Shown here: positions 1 to 9,393 of the stretch, piece by piece | Numbering within the stretch: position 1 is the stretch's first letter | Layout: each line of letters opens with the position of its first letter | Assembly: GCA_963837955.1 (NCBI GenBank) | Contig: CAWIPH010000002.1 | Location: 896,001 to 960,000 of the forward strand | Length of the DNA stretch: 64,000 nt | Reading direction: 5' to 3' | From: an uncultured Verrucomicrobiae bacterium | GTDB lineage: Bacteria; Verrucomicrobiota; Verrucomicrobiia; Chthoniobacterales; JAFAMB01 | Translations under genes and position numbers: made by a program | Notes under the pieces: generated by a model | The model's input: only the letters and a program-made list of their open reading frames with translations | The model's database searches: none | Told to the model about the DNA's origin: nothing

Positions 1-190
1 TAGTTCGACTCATATTTCACAGCAAGAAATGTCGAGAGGTGGGACAGTTTTTTTGTTTGTAACGAGAAAGGTTCGTCCACTCGGCGATGCGGGCTAAGAC
101 TTGTTTCCTTCGCTGAGCATGTCGAAAGAGTTATGCTCGCCGCGTCGGCGGCTGCATGGGATTAGGGCGACGCGATCGCCCTTCGAGATC

Positions 191-1096
191 CTACTTCGAC
201 TTTTTTTGCGCGACGGAATCTTTGACGCATTTCCAAAACTTCTCCGCCGCCGGACTAAGTCGTTCTTTCCGTGCGGCGATTCCGAAGATGGTTACTTCAG
301 GATTTGGAACAACCCGCAGAAGCTTGACGCGCGTTCCCGCCGTGTCAGCGAACACGTCGGGGACCAGCGCTACTCCCGTACCCGCTACGATGGCTGCAAG
401 CAGGCTCGAAGCGCCCTCGTGCTCTTCGACAATGCGGAGCTTGGTTTTGACCGTGGCAAAGGTGCGCTTCAGAAAACTGTGATAGGAGGGATACTCTTCG
501 CGCGAATAAGCGACGAATGGCTCGCGCGCCGCGTCCCGGAGTGACACGGAGTCACGTTGCGCCAGTGGGTGCGTCAGCGAGACGGCGAGACGTGCGTGGG
601 AGCGGACTAATCCTTCGAGGCGCAAGTTGTGAAGCGGGCCGAGCCTGGGTATCCAACCAATGAAGGCTAGCTGCAATTGTCCGTCGAGCAAACCGGCGAT
701 GCATTCATCGTTTGTTAAGTCGTGAAGCTTGATGTGGACCTTGGGTATCGTCCGCCGGCAGCCGCGCAGAATCATTGGCAAGATGCGCGCAGTCGGCGAC
801 GGCTGATAGCCGATATGCAGTTCCGTTTCGCCACCGTCCGCAACCGCGCGGGCTTCCTTTATCGCCTCGTCGGCCAGTTGCAGCAAAGTGCGGGCATGTT
901 TCAGAAAAGTGCGTCCGGCACGCGTTAGGTGAACCGACTTGCCCGTGCGCTCAAACAAGGCAAAAGCCATCTCATCTTCAAGGTTACGAATCTGCTTGCT
1001 CAATGCAGGCTGCGAGACGTGAAGCTTCGCGGCGGCTCGCGAAACGTTTTCCGTCTCTGCCACTCTCACGAAATACCGTAGATGGCGCAGTTCCAT
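191..1096 (-). CDS. LysR-family transcriptional regulator
   Basis: N-terminal MELRHLRYFVRVAETENVSRAAAKLHVSQPALSKQIRNLE HTH; about 300 aa; divergent from the SDR cluster. ATG at 1096 chosen over the upstream ORF-track start. Confidence 0.95.
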   Translation of the reverse strand: MELRHLRYFVRVAETENVSRAAAKLHVSQPALSKQIRNLEDEMAFALFERTGKSVHLTRAGRTFLKHARTLLQLADEAIKEARAVADGGETELHIGYQPSPTARILPMILRGCRRTIPKVHIKLHDLTNDECIAGLLDGQLQLAFIGWIPRLGPLHNLRLEGLVRSHARLAVSLTHPLAQRDSVSLRDAAREPFVAYSREEYPSYHSFLKRTFATVKTKLRIVEEHEGASSLLAAIVAGTGVALVPDVFADTAGTRVKLLRVVPNPEVTIFGIAARKERLSPAAEKFWKCVKDSVAQKKSK

Positions 1097-1109
1097 AGTC
1101 GCAGGCGAG

Positions 1110-1128
1110 TATGCCGAAAAGTTATGCT
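1110..1128. promoter_or_regulatory. Putative LysR T-N11-A recognition box
   Basis: TATGCCGAAAAGTTATGCT just upstream of the lysR start, in the divergent intergenic region; T1112-N11-A1124. Confidence 0.5.
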
Positions 1129-1210
1129 GAGCGAAGAAAAATCGTCTTTCACAAGGGCGCAGCATCGGCGTGACGGTTCCACATGAAGACAAAAATACGA
1201 AAGAGAAGCC

Positions 1211-1504
1211 ATGGGAAAGCTTGAAGGTAAGGTTGCCGTCATCACGGGCGGGTCGAGCGGTATGGCGCTAGCTGCTGCCCAATTGTTTGTCGCTGAAGGA
1301 GCGTATGTTTTCATCACGGGTCGGAAAAAGGCCGCTCTGGATGAAGCGGTGAAACTCATCGGTCGGAATGTCACCGGCGTTCAGGCTGATTCTTCCAAGT
1401 TGAATGACTTGGACCGCTTGTTTGAAACGGTTAAGAGGGAAAAGGGCAAGATCGACGTCCTGCACGCAAGCGCTGGCGCGGGCCTCCGAGATGAGTCTTG
1501 GTAA
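1211..1504 (+). pseudogene. SDR-family oxidoreductase, N-terminal fragment only
   Basis: [13 protein letters not shown]ossmann motif; homology stops after GKIDVLHA (about aa 86); no YxxxK. Confidence 0.9.
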
Positions 1505-1918
1505 TGAAGAAATTATTAGAAAACTCTACGCTGCCGGAGAGGGTTCAGGAATGGATACCGAGAAGTTTGTCTCCTTTTTCTCGAAGGAAGGATACATGTA
1601 CGACGTTCCTTCCGGCACAAAGTTTCGCGGGAAGGCCATTGGTGACTCTATTGCCGCCCTCGCAAAAGCATTTCCTGATGTCCACCGTGAGTTATTGAGC
1701 GTCTACGTCGCGGAGAAGTCGTCGTCGTCGAGCTTAGAATTCGGGGAACGCATGAAGGTGAGCTGGCCCTTGGTTCTAAAACTATAGCTCCCACGGGCAA
1801 GGCAATAGATGTCCCGTGTGTCGATGTTTTTCGCCTCGAGAGTGGAAAGGTCATATCCTTTAATTGCTACAATTTGCCTTCCGTAATGCAGCAACAACTT
1901 GGCCTTGTCAGCAGCTGA
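1491..1918 (+). pseudogene. SnoaL-like/ester cyclase (NTF2 fold), frameshifted near 1716
   Basis: [13 protein letters not shown]...AFPDVHRELLSVYVAE, then continues in another frame as VVVVELRIRGTHEGEL...PTGKAIDVPCVDVFRLESGKV...* (TGA 1916-1918). Confidence 0.8.
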
Positions 1919-2045
1919 GCAGGCCCGGGATGACGTCACAACCTTGTTCGAATTCGGCGAACTCGACGCCTATGTCAGCTTTGTAGAAAAAGCGTAGATC
2001 CCACATTTTCAAAATAACGAAGAACAAAAACAAAGAAGAAAATAT

Positions 2046-2810
2046 ATGAGTAATAATCACGGACAACAATTGGCGGGAAAAATTGCGGTAATCACAGGCG
2101 GAAACAGCGGGATTGGCTTGGCCACAGCCAAGCGCTTCGTGGAAGAAGGTGCCCACGTCGTGATCACTGGCCGACGAGAGAAAGACCTGAAAGAAGCTGC
2201 GGCCTCTATTGGGAGAAACGTGACGACGGTCGCAGGCGACGTCTCGAACCTGGAAGATCTCGACCGTCTCTATGCTGTTGTGAAAGAGAAGCATGGTCAA
2301 ATCGACATTCTCTTTGCGAACGCAGGCGCAGGGACAGTCGCGCCGCTTGCAACGGCGACCGAGTCTCATTTCGACAAGACCTTCGACGTGAACGTGAAGG
2401 GGTTATTCTTTACCGTGCAAAAAGCTCTTCCCCTTTTCAAAGATGGCGGCTCGATTATCCTGAACGCTTCGGTCGCAAACGTAATGGGTGTGCCAACCTT
2501 TACCGCCTACGCCGCTAGCAAGGCAGCCGTGCGCAGCTTCGCTCGCGGCTGGACGATGGAGCTAAAGGATCGCAAGATTCGTGTGAATTCGATGAGTCCT
2601 GGCCCAATCGAAACTCCGGCTTTGGAGAACGCGGGCCTCACCGCTGAACAGGCAGAACAGGCGGCAGCTCAGTTCGCCTCGCAAGTTCCGCTCGGCCGCA
2701 GAGGCAAGCCCGAGGAAATCGCATCCGCCGTCGTGTTCCTCGCCTCCGACGAAAGTTCTTTCATCACCGGCGTGGATCTCGCCGTCGATGGGGGCATGGC
2801 GCAGGTCTGA
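2046..2810 (+). CDS. SDR-family oxidoreductase
   Basis: TGGNSGIG, NAG, YAASK and PGPIET motifs; 254 aa. Confidence 0.95.
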   Translation: MSNNHGQQLAGKIAVITGGNSGIGLATAKRFVEEGAHVVITGRREKDLKEAAASIGRNVTTVAGDVSNLEDLDRLYAVVKEKHGQIDILFANAGAGTVAPLATATESHFDKTFDVNVKGLFFTVQKALPLFKDGGSIILNASVANVMGVPTFTAYAASKAAVRSFARGWTMELKDRKIRVNSMSPGPIETPALENAGLTAEQAEQAAAQFASQVPLGRRGKPEEIASAVVFLASDESSFITGVDLAVDGGMAQV

Positions 2811-2865
2811 CCTCGACGCGGTCGCTTCTCGAACTTTAGTTCTAACACGAGATCGGAGAAATATT

Positions 2866-3465
2866 ATGAGCTATGCAATTGTAGGATTCGGAAAGATAGG
2901 CCAAGCCCTCGCCCACGCCTTCGCCCGTAAAAATATTGACGTGGCCGTCGCGAGCCGCCGACCGCCTGAGGCGTTGGCTCTCCAGGCTCGTGCGATTGGA
3001 CCCACGGTCGTCGCCAAGTCGCTGCGGGATGCACTCGAGGCAGACACAATCATCTTGGCGGTCCCGTTCGAGGAGCATCGCCAGGTCGCGAAGGCCCTGC
3101 CGAGCTGGAAAGGCAAGACGGTCATCGACGCGATGAACGCGTTAGTTCCCCTTGAGGAGCTGGACGGTCTCCCGTCCTCCGCCTTCGTCGCGAAGTCGTT
3201 CACTGGCGCTAAGTTCGTGAAAGGTTTCAATCACCTGGTTGCGGCCACCTTGGCTACCGATCCGGTCGTCGAGGGGGGCCACCGGGTGGTCTTTCTGTCG
3301 AGCGACGACGAGGACGCGACCGGTCCCGTGGCCGCCTTGGCCAAACAACTCGGGTTCGCACCCGTTAAGCTGGGAAAGCTCAACGAGGGTGGCTGGCTGG
3401 TGCACGCACGCGGTCGCACTTGGGGCCCGCTGATCTTCCAGGACCTATTCAAGAAGGAGCAGTAA
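2866..3465 (+). CDS. NADP-dependent oxidoreductase (F420-dependent NADP reductase-like)
   Basis: MSYAIVGFGKIG, ILAVP, IDAMN and VKGFNHL motifs; SD GGAG upstream of ATG 2866. Confidence 0.88.
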   Translation: MSYAIVGFGKIGQALAHAFARKNIDVAVASRRPPEALALQARAIGPTVVAKSLRDALEADTIILAVPFEEHRQVAKALPSWKGKTVIDAMNALVPLEELDGLPSSAFVAKSFTGAKFVKGFNHLVAATLATDPVVEGGHRVVFLSSDDEDATGPVAALAKQLGFAPVKLGKLNEGGWLVHARGRTWGPLIFQDLFKKEQ

Positions 3466-3561
3466 TGGATCTACGACCGTATGAGTTGGCCCAAGAAGTA
3501 CGATTCCAAACGTCCGATTAGATCGGACACAATTCGATGTAACTGAAGTGGAGGAATTTCA

Positions 3562-3957
3562 ATGAGCACACAAGAGAATGTCAAGACTGTGAAGGACTTT
3601 TTTGCATCAATGCGCAGCGGCGATATGCAGACTCTGCTAGCGTTGTGTGCCGAAGACATTGAATGGATTATTCCGGGCGAGGGCTGGCCGCTGGCCGGTA
3701 CGTACCGTGGGCACGCGGGATTAGCGGATTTGCTTGAGAAGTCCGAGATGATGGAAACTTCAACAGAGCCCCGCGAATTCGTAGCGCAAGGAGACCGGGT
3801 TCTGGTCGTCGGCTTCGCTAGTGGGAAGGTCATAGCCACGAATAAGAAGTTCAAGGACGATTGGGTCTTCGCTATCACCGTTCGAAATGGCAAACTAACG
3901 AACATCCGGGAGTATATCGACACGCAAGCACTCGCGCGGGCCTCCGAGACGGCGTGA
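3562..3957 (+). CDS. SnoaL-like / NTF2 family protein
   Basis: ENVKTVKDFF, EDIEW, GTYRGHAG and IREYIDTQAL pattern; SD GGAGG. Confidence 0.9.
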   Translation: MSTQENVKTVKDFFASMRSGDMQTLLALCAEDIEWIIPGEGWPLAGTYRGHAGLADLLEKSEMMETSTEPREFVAQGDRVLVVGFASGKVIATNKKFKDDWVFAITVRNGKLTNIREYIDTQALARASETA

Positions 3958-4065
3958 GCCGCAGGCCCTGAACAGCGGCAACGCTTTGCCGAGGGACAAA
4001 TGGACGTTAAGCAACGGCTCCAAGAATTGATAATAATAAAAGAAAGGCACGATGATGCCCAATAA

Positions 4066-4299
4066 GGGGTGCGCGCACGAAACGGAAAATAAAGCACGGT
4101 AAGGAGCGAAATCTCCTCGTGGATGAGAGTGCGAACGTTGGTCAGCAAGGCTAAATCCTGCGCAACAAGGCAGCCGGTGTGTCCCATGCCAGTCGTCACA
4201 TAAAACGAGCTGTAATCGAATTCTGGAGCGTTTTCTTTTCGTTGAATAATCCTTGGAAGGCCTAGACGTACTTTATTTTCCGTTTCGTGTGCGGACCCC
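4066..4299. mobile_element. 234-bp non-autonomous Tn3-derived miniature element (TIME-like)
   Basis: Inward-facing 38-bp IRs GGGGTGCGCGCACGAAACGGAAAATAAAGCACGGTAAG (4066-4103) and the reverse complement of GGGGTCCGCACACGAAACGGAAAATAAAGTACGTCTAG (4262-4299), resembling Tn21/Tn501 IRs; no recognisable gene inside. Confidence 0.85.
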
Positions 4300-4320
4300 T
4301 ATTACAGGCCGCTCTGAATG

Positions 4321-5559
4321 TCATCCGTTCGATTTTGTGTTAACTCCAAAGGCGCGTTCAATAATATCCGCCGCCGTGGCGAGACCATTCCTCTTACTAA
4401 TTATCTCTTGAAACTTGCGAGCGTTTTCACGGTAGATCGGGTGAGTCAGCACCTCTTCCAGAAGCGTTGCCAGGCGCTTCGATGTGAGATCAGCGAATGA
4501 TATGGTTACGCCTGTTTTTTTTGCGGCGATTCTCGCGGCGACTCCGGGTTGTTCAAACGTTACCGGGATGGCTAGCTGTGGCACACCCTGCGCCAAAGAT
4601 TCAAGCACAGTGTTTAACCCGGCGTGGGTGATGCAAACTGAGGCTCGCTTAAGCAATTCCAATTGCGGCGCCCGGTTAACGATAATCGTATTGCTCGGCA
4701 CCGATCCGATCTCTTCAGGATCAAGATGGTCTCCAATGGAAAGAACCAGCTGCGTGCCTTTGTGCATCGCTACGCCGGCGGCAATGGTACGGAATACGTC
4801 AGCCCGGCCATTCAGTATGGTGCCCATTGATGCATAAATCAGCGGTTCACCGGTGAGTCTGTCCCAAGGAAAATTCACATTGGGCCGACCCGTGCCATCA
4901 TGAAATGGTCCGGTGTAATGAAATTGCGATGGTAGTAGAGGGTGTTCGAAGTCGAACTCCTTTGGAATTTGCGTGATATAAGCTAGCTCGGAAAATACCC
5001 AGGAGGGATGATCCAAGTCGGTCTTGAAGCCGAGCTCTCGGGCATAGGCCTTCGTCCCCTCGTTGTAATATAATTTGGCTGCTTTAGTTGTAGCTTCTAG
5101 ATTTCTCGCGAGTGCTTCCGGCGTGGTCTCGTGTGGCCAATCGAAAATACCGTGCGGAGTATAACCGGAAAAGTCGAGATAAAGCGCGGTGGCTACCGTG
5201 ACGTATGGGATGCGCAATTTCATCGCCGCTAATTCAACGAAGAATTGGATCGGATCTAGAACGAGCGCTTCGACTCCTGTCTTTTCAAGCATTCTTGGCA
5301 GAGACCTGAAAATTACCTCCGTTTCCTTTGCCGCGATACCGCAATAGAATTCTAGAGCGCTCATCCCCTCCAGCTTGCTGATCTCAGGCCGATTTGCGTT
5401 CATGTCGTCGGGCTTCTCTCCCTGAATACATGGCAAACCATTGGCACTCGCTGAATAGAGAAATACCACTTCGTGGTCGCGAGCCTGAAGCTGCCTCGCC
5501 AGCGCACTCATCGGATTAATGTGACCGGGCAAATTGGGACAGATAAAACCTATTTTCAT
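4321..5559 (-). CDS. GT1 / MGT-family UDP-glycosyltransferase
   Basis: PGHINP N-terminal motif; PQLELLKRASVCITHAGLNTVLESLAQGVPQLAIPVTFEQ signature. Confidence 0.92.
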   Translation of the reverse strand: MKIGFICPNLPGHINPMSALARQLQARDHEVVFLYSASANGLPCIQGEKPDDMNANRPEISKLEGMSALEFYCGIAAKETEVIFRSLPRMLEKTGVEALVLDPIQFFVELAAMKLRIPYVTVATALYLDFSGYTPHGIFDWPHETTPEALARNLEATTKAAKLYYNEGTKAYARELGFKTDLDHPSWVFSELAYITQIPKEFDFEHPLLPSQFHYTGPFHDGTGRPNVNFPWDRLTGEPLIYASMGTILNGRADVFRTIAAGVAMHKGTQLVLSIGDHLDPEEIGSVPSNTIIVNRAPQLELLKRASVCITHAGLNTVLESLAQGVPQLAIPVTFEQPGVAARIAAKKTGVTISFADLTSKRLATLLEEVLTHPIYRENARKFQEIISKRNGLATAADIIERAFGVNTKSNG

Positions 5560-6015
5560 TTTATGCTAATTGTTGATGCAGGTACTAACCCACCGCATCT
5601 GTTAGGTGTAGACAGCAATAGATCCCGGCAACGAGAAATCAGCGGCTTTTTTGTCTCAGCTGTCGTAATCGATGATCCAACAAAGATTCTGCCTCACAGA
5701 AATTTTGGGCGCTCGACAAGCGGCGAAAAGGAGTCGATGAAACAGTTCACCAAATGAAGACTCTTTCGATGGATAAATCACCTTTCCTCGGCTGTTTGGT
5801 CGCCGGCTTACCTCGGGTTGAGGCTCTTACTAACACTTCGGGTATTAAGTTGAACATAGGAAAGAATGAGTCCTGCTCCTATGAGACCTACAGTTGCGAT
5901 GGTAACGGATGCGAATTAACCCGGCCGCAAAAGATAGCTTCTTTCGTGATGCCGGGCATCAAGGGATATTAACCAAGATACCGGTGAGGCTGGATAACAC
6001 GACTCGATTGCGGCA

Positions 6016-6756
6016 TCAGACGTCTACCATGCCCCCGCCGACGAAGAGCTCCGCCCCCGTGGTGAAGCTGGCGTCGGCGGCCAGGAACAGTGCCATTGCG
6101 GCTACCTCCTCCGGCTTTCCGATGCGGCCCAGCGGGATCCGCTGCTTCGAGCTTTCCAGCCAGCCGTCCAACTGCTCTTGGCTCAACCCGACCTTGCCGA
6201 AGATAGGCGTCTCGATGGGGCCGGGGCTGATAACGTTCACACGGATGTTGCGGGGGGCTAGCTCGGCGGCGAACGTCCGCGCCAACGAGCGCACCGCTGC
6301 CTTGCTAGCCGAGTAGACACTCATGCCCGGGCCGCCCTTCGATCCAGCGGTGGAACCCGTGAACAGGATCGCCCCACCATCAGGAATGGCGGGAGCCGCG
6401 TGCTTGACCATGAAGTAGAGGCCGCGGGCGTTGATGTTGAAAATGTAGTCGAAATGAGTCTCGTCCGCGACATCCAGCGTGGCGAACTTGCCGACGCCGG
6501 CGTTGACAAACAGCACGTTGATGCGGCCGTAGCGAGCCTTAATTTGATCCACAAGCCCCTTGGACGCTTGCGTATCGGCCTGATCGGCAACCAGCACCTC
6601 CACACCAGGCAGGGTAGGCTTAGCAGCTTGTACTGTCTTGGCGCTAGAGCCGGTGACGATCACGGTCGCGCCCTCGGCCTGGAACAAGCGGGCGGTTGCC
6701 GCCCCGATACCGGTGGTGCCCCCGGTTATGAGAACCACTTTTTTGTCAAGCTTCAT
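6016..6756 (-). CDS. SDR-family oxidoreductase
   Basis: TGGTTGIG, NAG, YSASK and PGPIET motifs. Confidence 0.95.
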   Translation of the reverse strand: MKLDKKVVLITGGTTGIGAATARLFQAEGATVIVTGSSAKTVQAAKPTLPGVEVLVADQADTQASKGLVDQIKARYGRINVLFVNAGVGKFATLDVADETHFDYIFNINARGLYFMVKHAAPAIPDGGAILFTGSTAGSKGGPGMSVYSASKAAVRSLARTFAAELAPRNIRVNVISPGPIETPIFGKVGLSQEQLDGWLESSKQRIPLGRIGKPEEVAAMALFLAADASFTTGAELFVGGGMVDV

Positions 6757-6813
6757 ATTGATCTCCACGGATGCATGCGTCGTTGTGTGAACTTCCAATT
6801 CGCGCAGCTTCGA

Positions 6814-7698
6814 TCACCGCTCATAAAACGACCGGTTCTTCTCGATGAAGGTCTCGACGGACATGGGACGCTGTCCCGTCACCTGCCCGATAATGCCGTC
6901 TTCTCCGGCGAAAACCCCGTTCTGGTAATCGATCGCGACCTCGCGCACGTGCTGCTGGACAAAATCGCCCCATCCCTTGAGTTGCCCTTCTTCGATGAAC
7001 TGTTCGGCGGTTACGGGCTCGTAGTGCACCTGGCGCCCCAGCGCTCTGCTCATCGCTTGCGCGATCTCATAGTGGTTCATTTCGACCCGCCCGTGGACCG
7101 TGTAGATCTTGCCGGCGTGGGGCTCCGGAGTCTGCAAGATGGCGGCCACCAGTCGTCCGATGTCCTCCGCGGCGATAGGAGCGTGGCGCCCCTCGCCCAG
7201 TGGAAGCTTGAGGGCGCCTGTCCCCCGGAGCTCAGTGGGGTCGACTAGGCTGATCAGCCATTCCGCAAAGAAGGTTGGCCGCAGATGGGTCGTCGGGATT
7301 CCGGACCAGTCGAAGATCCGCTCCGCCACCCAATGATTGAGGGCAGCATGGCTCTTCGCGACACGGCGCGCCGAAATTTGTGAAATATTGAGTATGAATT
7401 TAAGCCCGGTCTCTTTCGCTGCAGCCGCAAAGTAACCGGTCGCTTCGATCAGCCGTGGGGCGACTGGGTAGCAGAAATATGCGCTCTGGATTCCGTCCAA
7501 CGCATGAACGATTTCGTCGAGGTTAAACAGGTCGCCAATCACAACGTCCGCTCCGAGCGCCCGAAGGCTATCGACCTTCGGTCCTTCGCGATGGGCTAGA
7601 GCTCGCACGGCGGTGCCCCGCTTCACTAGATTCTCAATCGCGACATATCCGGTCCGACCGGTTGCGCCGGTAACGAGAATAGTTGGTGCCTTCATCAT
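6814..7698 (-). CDS. NmrA-family NAD(P)-binding protein
   Basis: ILVTGATGRTG, HLRPTFFAEWL and PIAAEDIG motifs. Confidence 0.9.
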   Translation of the reverse strand: MMKAPTILVTGATGRTGYVAIENLVKRGTAVRALAHREGPKVDSLRALGADVVIGDLFNLDEIVHALDGIQSAYFCYPVAPRLIEATGYFAAAAKETGLKFILNISQISARRVAKSHAALNHWVAERIFDWSGIPTTHLRPTFFAEWLISLVDPTELRGTGALKLPLGEGRHAPIAAEDIGRLVAAILQTPEPHAGKIYTVHGRVEMNHYEIAQAMSRALGRQVHYEPVTAEQFIEEGQLKGWGDFVQQHVREVAIDYQNGVFAGEDGIIGQVTGQRPMSVETFIEKNRSFYER

Positions 7699-7830
7699 TG
7701 CTCTCCGATTTTCCAGCAGTACGTAACCGGCTACAGCGGCGGCGTTTATCCTAACCTTGGCGCCAGTATGCGGGTCTTACGTGCACACGGGCTCGCCAGT
7801 TAGATGATAGACATCCGCTATCCGGCAACG

Positions 7831-7930
7831 CATAGATGATATATGGCATCTATGAAGTCAACTGAATTCGACGAACAAGTCCAATTTTAAGGTGTCGGTG
7901 GACATCTTACCAGATGTCCACTACCATCTA
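7831..7930. promoter_or_regulatory. Putative TetR operators, AGATG-N8-CATCT
   Basis: Perfect CATAGATG-N8-CATCTATG at 7831-7854, plus AGGTG-N8-CATCT at 7890-7907 and AGATG-N8-CATCT at 7912-7929, between divergent nmrA and tetR. Confidence 0.7.
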
Positions 7931-7969
7931 AATAACCCTCCGCGGCTCGCAATCGGAGGGTCAAGTAAG

Positions 7970-8539
7970 ATGAAGAAGTCGAAAGTGGAGACCGCGCAAA
8001 CGCGGCGTCGCATTGTCGAGACAGCTGCTCGCGAATTTCGCGACAAAGGGATCGATGGCACGGGCCTGGCCGATGTGATGGCGGCGGCGGGCCTAACGCA
8101 CGGAGGTTTCTATCGCCACTTTGGTTCCAAAGACCAATTGGTTGCTGAGGCTTGTGCTGTCGGAATGGAATTTATCGTTGCGAAAGCTCAGGAAGCCTGT
8201 CAGAGCCAAGGCAAGGGCGGGTTTGAGGCGATCATCGAAAGCTATCTTGATATCAGCCACCGAGACGATCGATCTGGCGGGTGCCCACTCGCCGGCCTCG
8301 GTAGCGAACTGGCGCGCGCCGACGATGAAACCCGAGCGGCCGCCTCCGCCGGGTTTCTGAAGCTCGTCGAACTTCTCGCAAAGCAGATAAGACGCCGCAA
8401 ATCTGAGGTAGCGAAGTCGGATGCCTTATTTGCACTGTCGGCGATGGTCGGGGCCGTCACCTTGTCACGGATCGTGACGGATCCTGATCTTTCGAACGCG
8501 ATCTTGCGTGACACGAAAAGGCATCTGGCCCTTTCGTAG
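7970..8539 (+). CDS. TetR/AcrR-family transcriptional regulator
   Basis: TRRRIVETAAREFRDKGIDGTGLADVMAAAGLTHGGFYRHFGSKDQL HTH; GCP motif; SD GGAGG. Confidence 0.95.
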   Translation: MKKSKVETAQTRRRIVETAAREFRDKGIDGTGLADVMAAAGLTHGGFYRHFGSKDQLVAEACAVGMEFIVAKAQEACQSQGKGGFEAIIESYLDISHRDDRSGGCPLAGLGSELARADDETRAAASAGFLKLVELLAKQIRRRKSEVAKSDALFALSAMVGAVTLSRIVTDPDLSNAILRDTKRHLALS

Positions 8540-8763
8540 CCCGCCACGGGGCGACCCTTCCGGGTGGGGCGAGTTGGCCATTCGCCCAGAACCGAGAATC
8601 GCGCATTGTCAGCCGGCTGCACTGTTATTTTATCGCATAAACAAGCGGCTCTTGCCTGGCTCTCGGCACCCATTCCAATTCGAACCAGCATTACGGCACA
8701 TAAGACAAAAGCTTATCTCATAGCAGCGGACTCTAATAGCTTGAAACCACCTAATGTAAAGTT

Positions 8764-9264
8764 ATGGAAGCGCTTGATTTATCGGTTCGGCCGCCACGGA
8801 GCCCTTACGCACAAATGGATGGCATCTACATGTTACCGCGAACTATCGACAAGATGCGGGCACAACTTCCTGGGGGAAAACTAGGGTCGTATAGCATCAC
8901 AACCCCATTCGGCCCCGGGATAAGTATCTTGCTTTTGCGCGGCTTAGCATTGAATGAAAAGGACCTGTTCCAGGTCGTGCAGCGGGTTCGGGCTGAAGAG
9001 GAGATTGCCGACTGGCTCCGAAGAAGCGTGGACCCCTCAAGCAAAGCCCGCACGAATGAAATGCTTCTTAGCCCGACAATCGAAGACGCGCTGAAGTTGA
9101 TCCCAACACCAGTCTTCGATGGATTTTATCCCGCAGCCAAAAATATGCCGAAAACAACACCAATGTTCGATGTGCTTTTGGAAGACGATCGCCAAATGTT
9201 TCCTGGTTATTTCGCTGTCCGTCACCACGTTCCTGCTAGTGAGAGGCTTACCCGTGGTCTCTAG
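8764..9264 (+). CDS. DUF5069-like protein
   Basis: PPRSPY...GIYMLPRTIDKMRA...G..G.Y N-terminus and FDVLLEDD C-terminal motif. Confidence 0.7.
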   Translation: MEALDLSVRPPRSPYAQMDGIYMLPRTIDKMRAQLPGGKLGSYSITTPFGPGISILLLRGLALNEKDLFQVVQRVRAEEEIADWLRRSVDPSSKARTNEMLLSPTIEDALKLIPTPVFDGFYPAAKNMPKTTPMFDVLLEDDRQMFPGYFAVRHHVPASERLTRGL

Positions 9265-9346
9265 ACTGGAAGACCAACTGCTTTGTGATGGAGGTTGAGC
9301 GTTCCTCATGAGTGCATTCGCCCTCCAGTCCACGAGGAGAGAGCTC

Positions 9347-9384
9347 CTTACCGTACGTAAATTTCCGTTTCGTGTGCGCACCCC
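9347..9384 (-). repeat. 38-bp Tn3-family terminal inverted repeat (inside faces left)
   Basis: Reverse complement is GGGGTGCGCACACGAAACGGAAATTTACGTACGGTAAG; the subterminal sequence resembles that inside the 4066 IR. Confidence 0.85.
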
Positions 9385-9393
9385 GGATAGCAC

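Noticed and set aside
119..137. ATGTCGAAAGAGTTATGCT resembling the LysR box at 1110-1128
   Set aside because: Spacing differs by one base and the regulated gene would lie outside the window; cannot be supported.
1913..1997. Protein-like stretch AEQARDDVTTLFEFGELDAYVSFVEKA*
   Set aside because: May be the tail of another deleted gene, but it has no start and I cannot assign a family.
3471..4199. 242-aa minus-strand ORF
   Set aside because: Antisense to the SnoaL gene and runs through a Tn3 IR (LTVLYFPFRARTP is just the IR translated).
6400..7248. 282-aa plus-strand ORF and similar long antisense ORFs (e.g. 13333-13791, 31296-32030, 41211-41969)
   Set aside because: Shadow frames of well-supported genes in GC-rich DNA; no motifs of their own.
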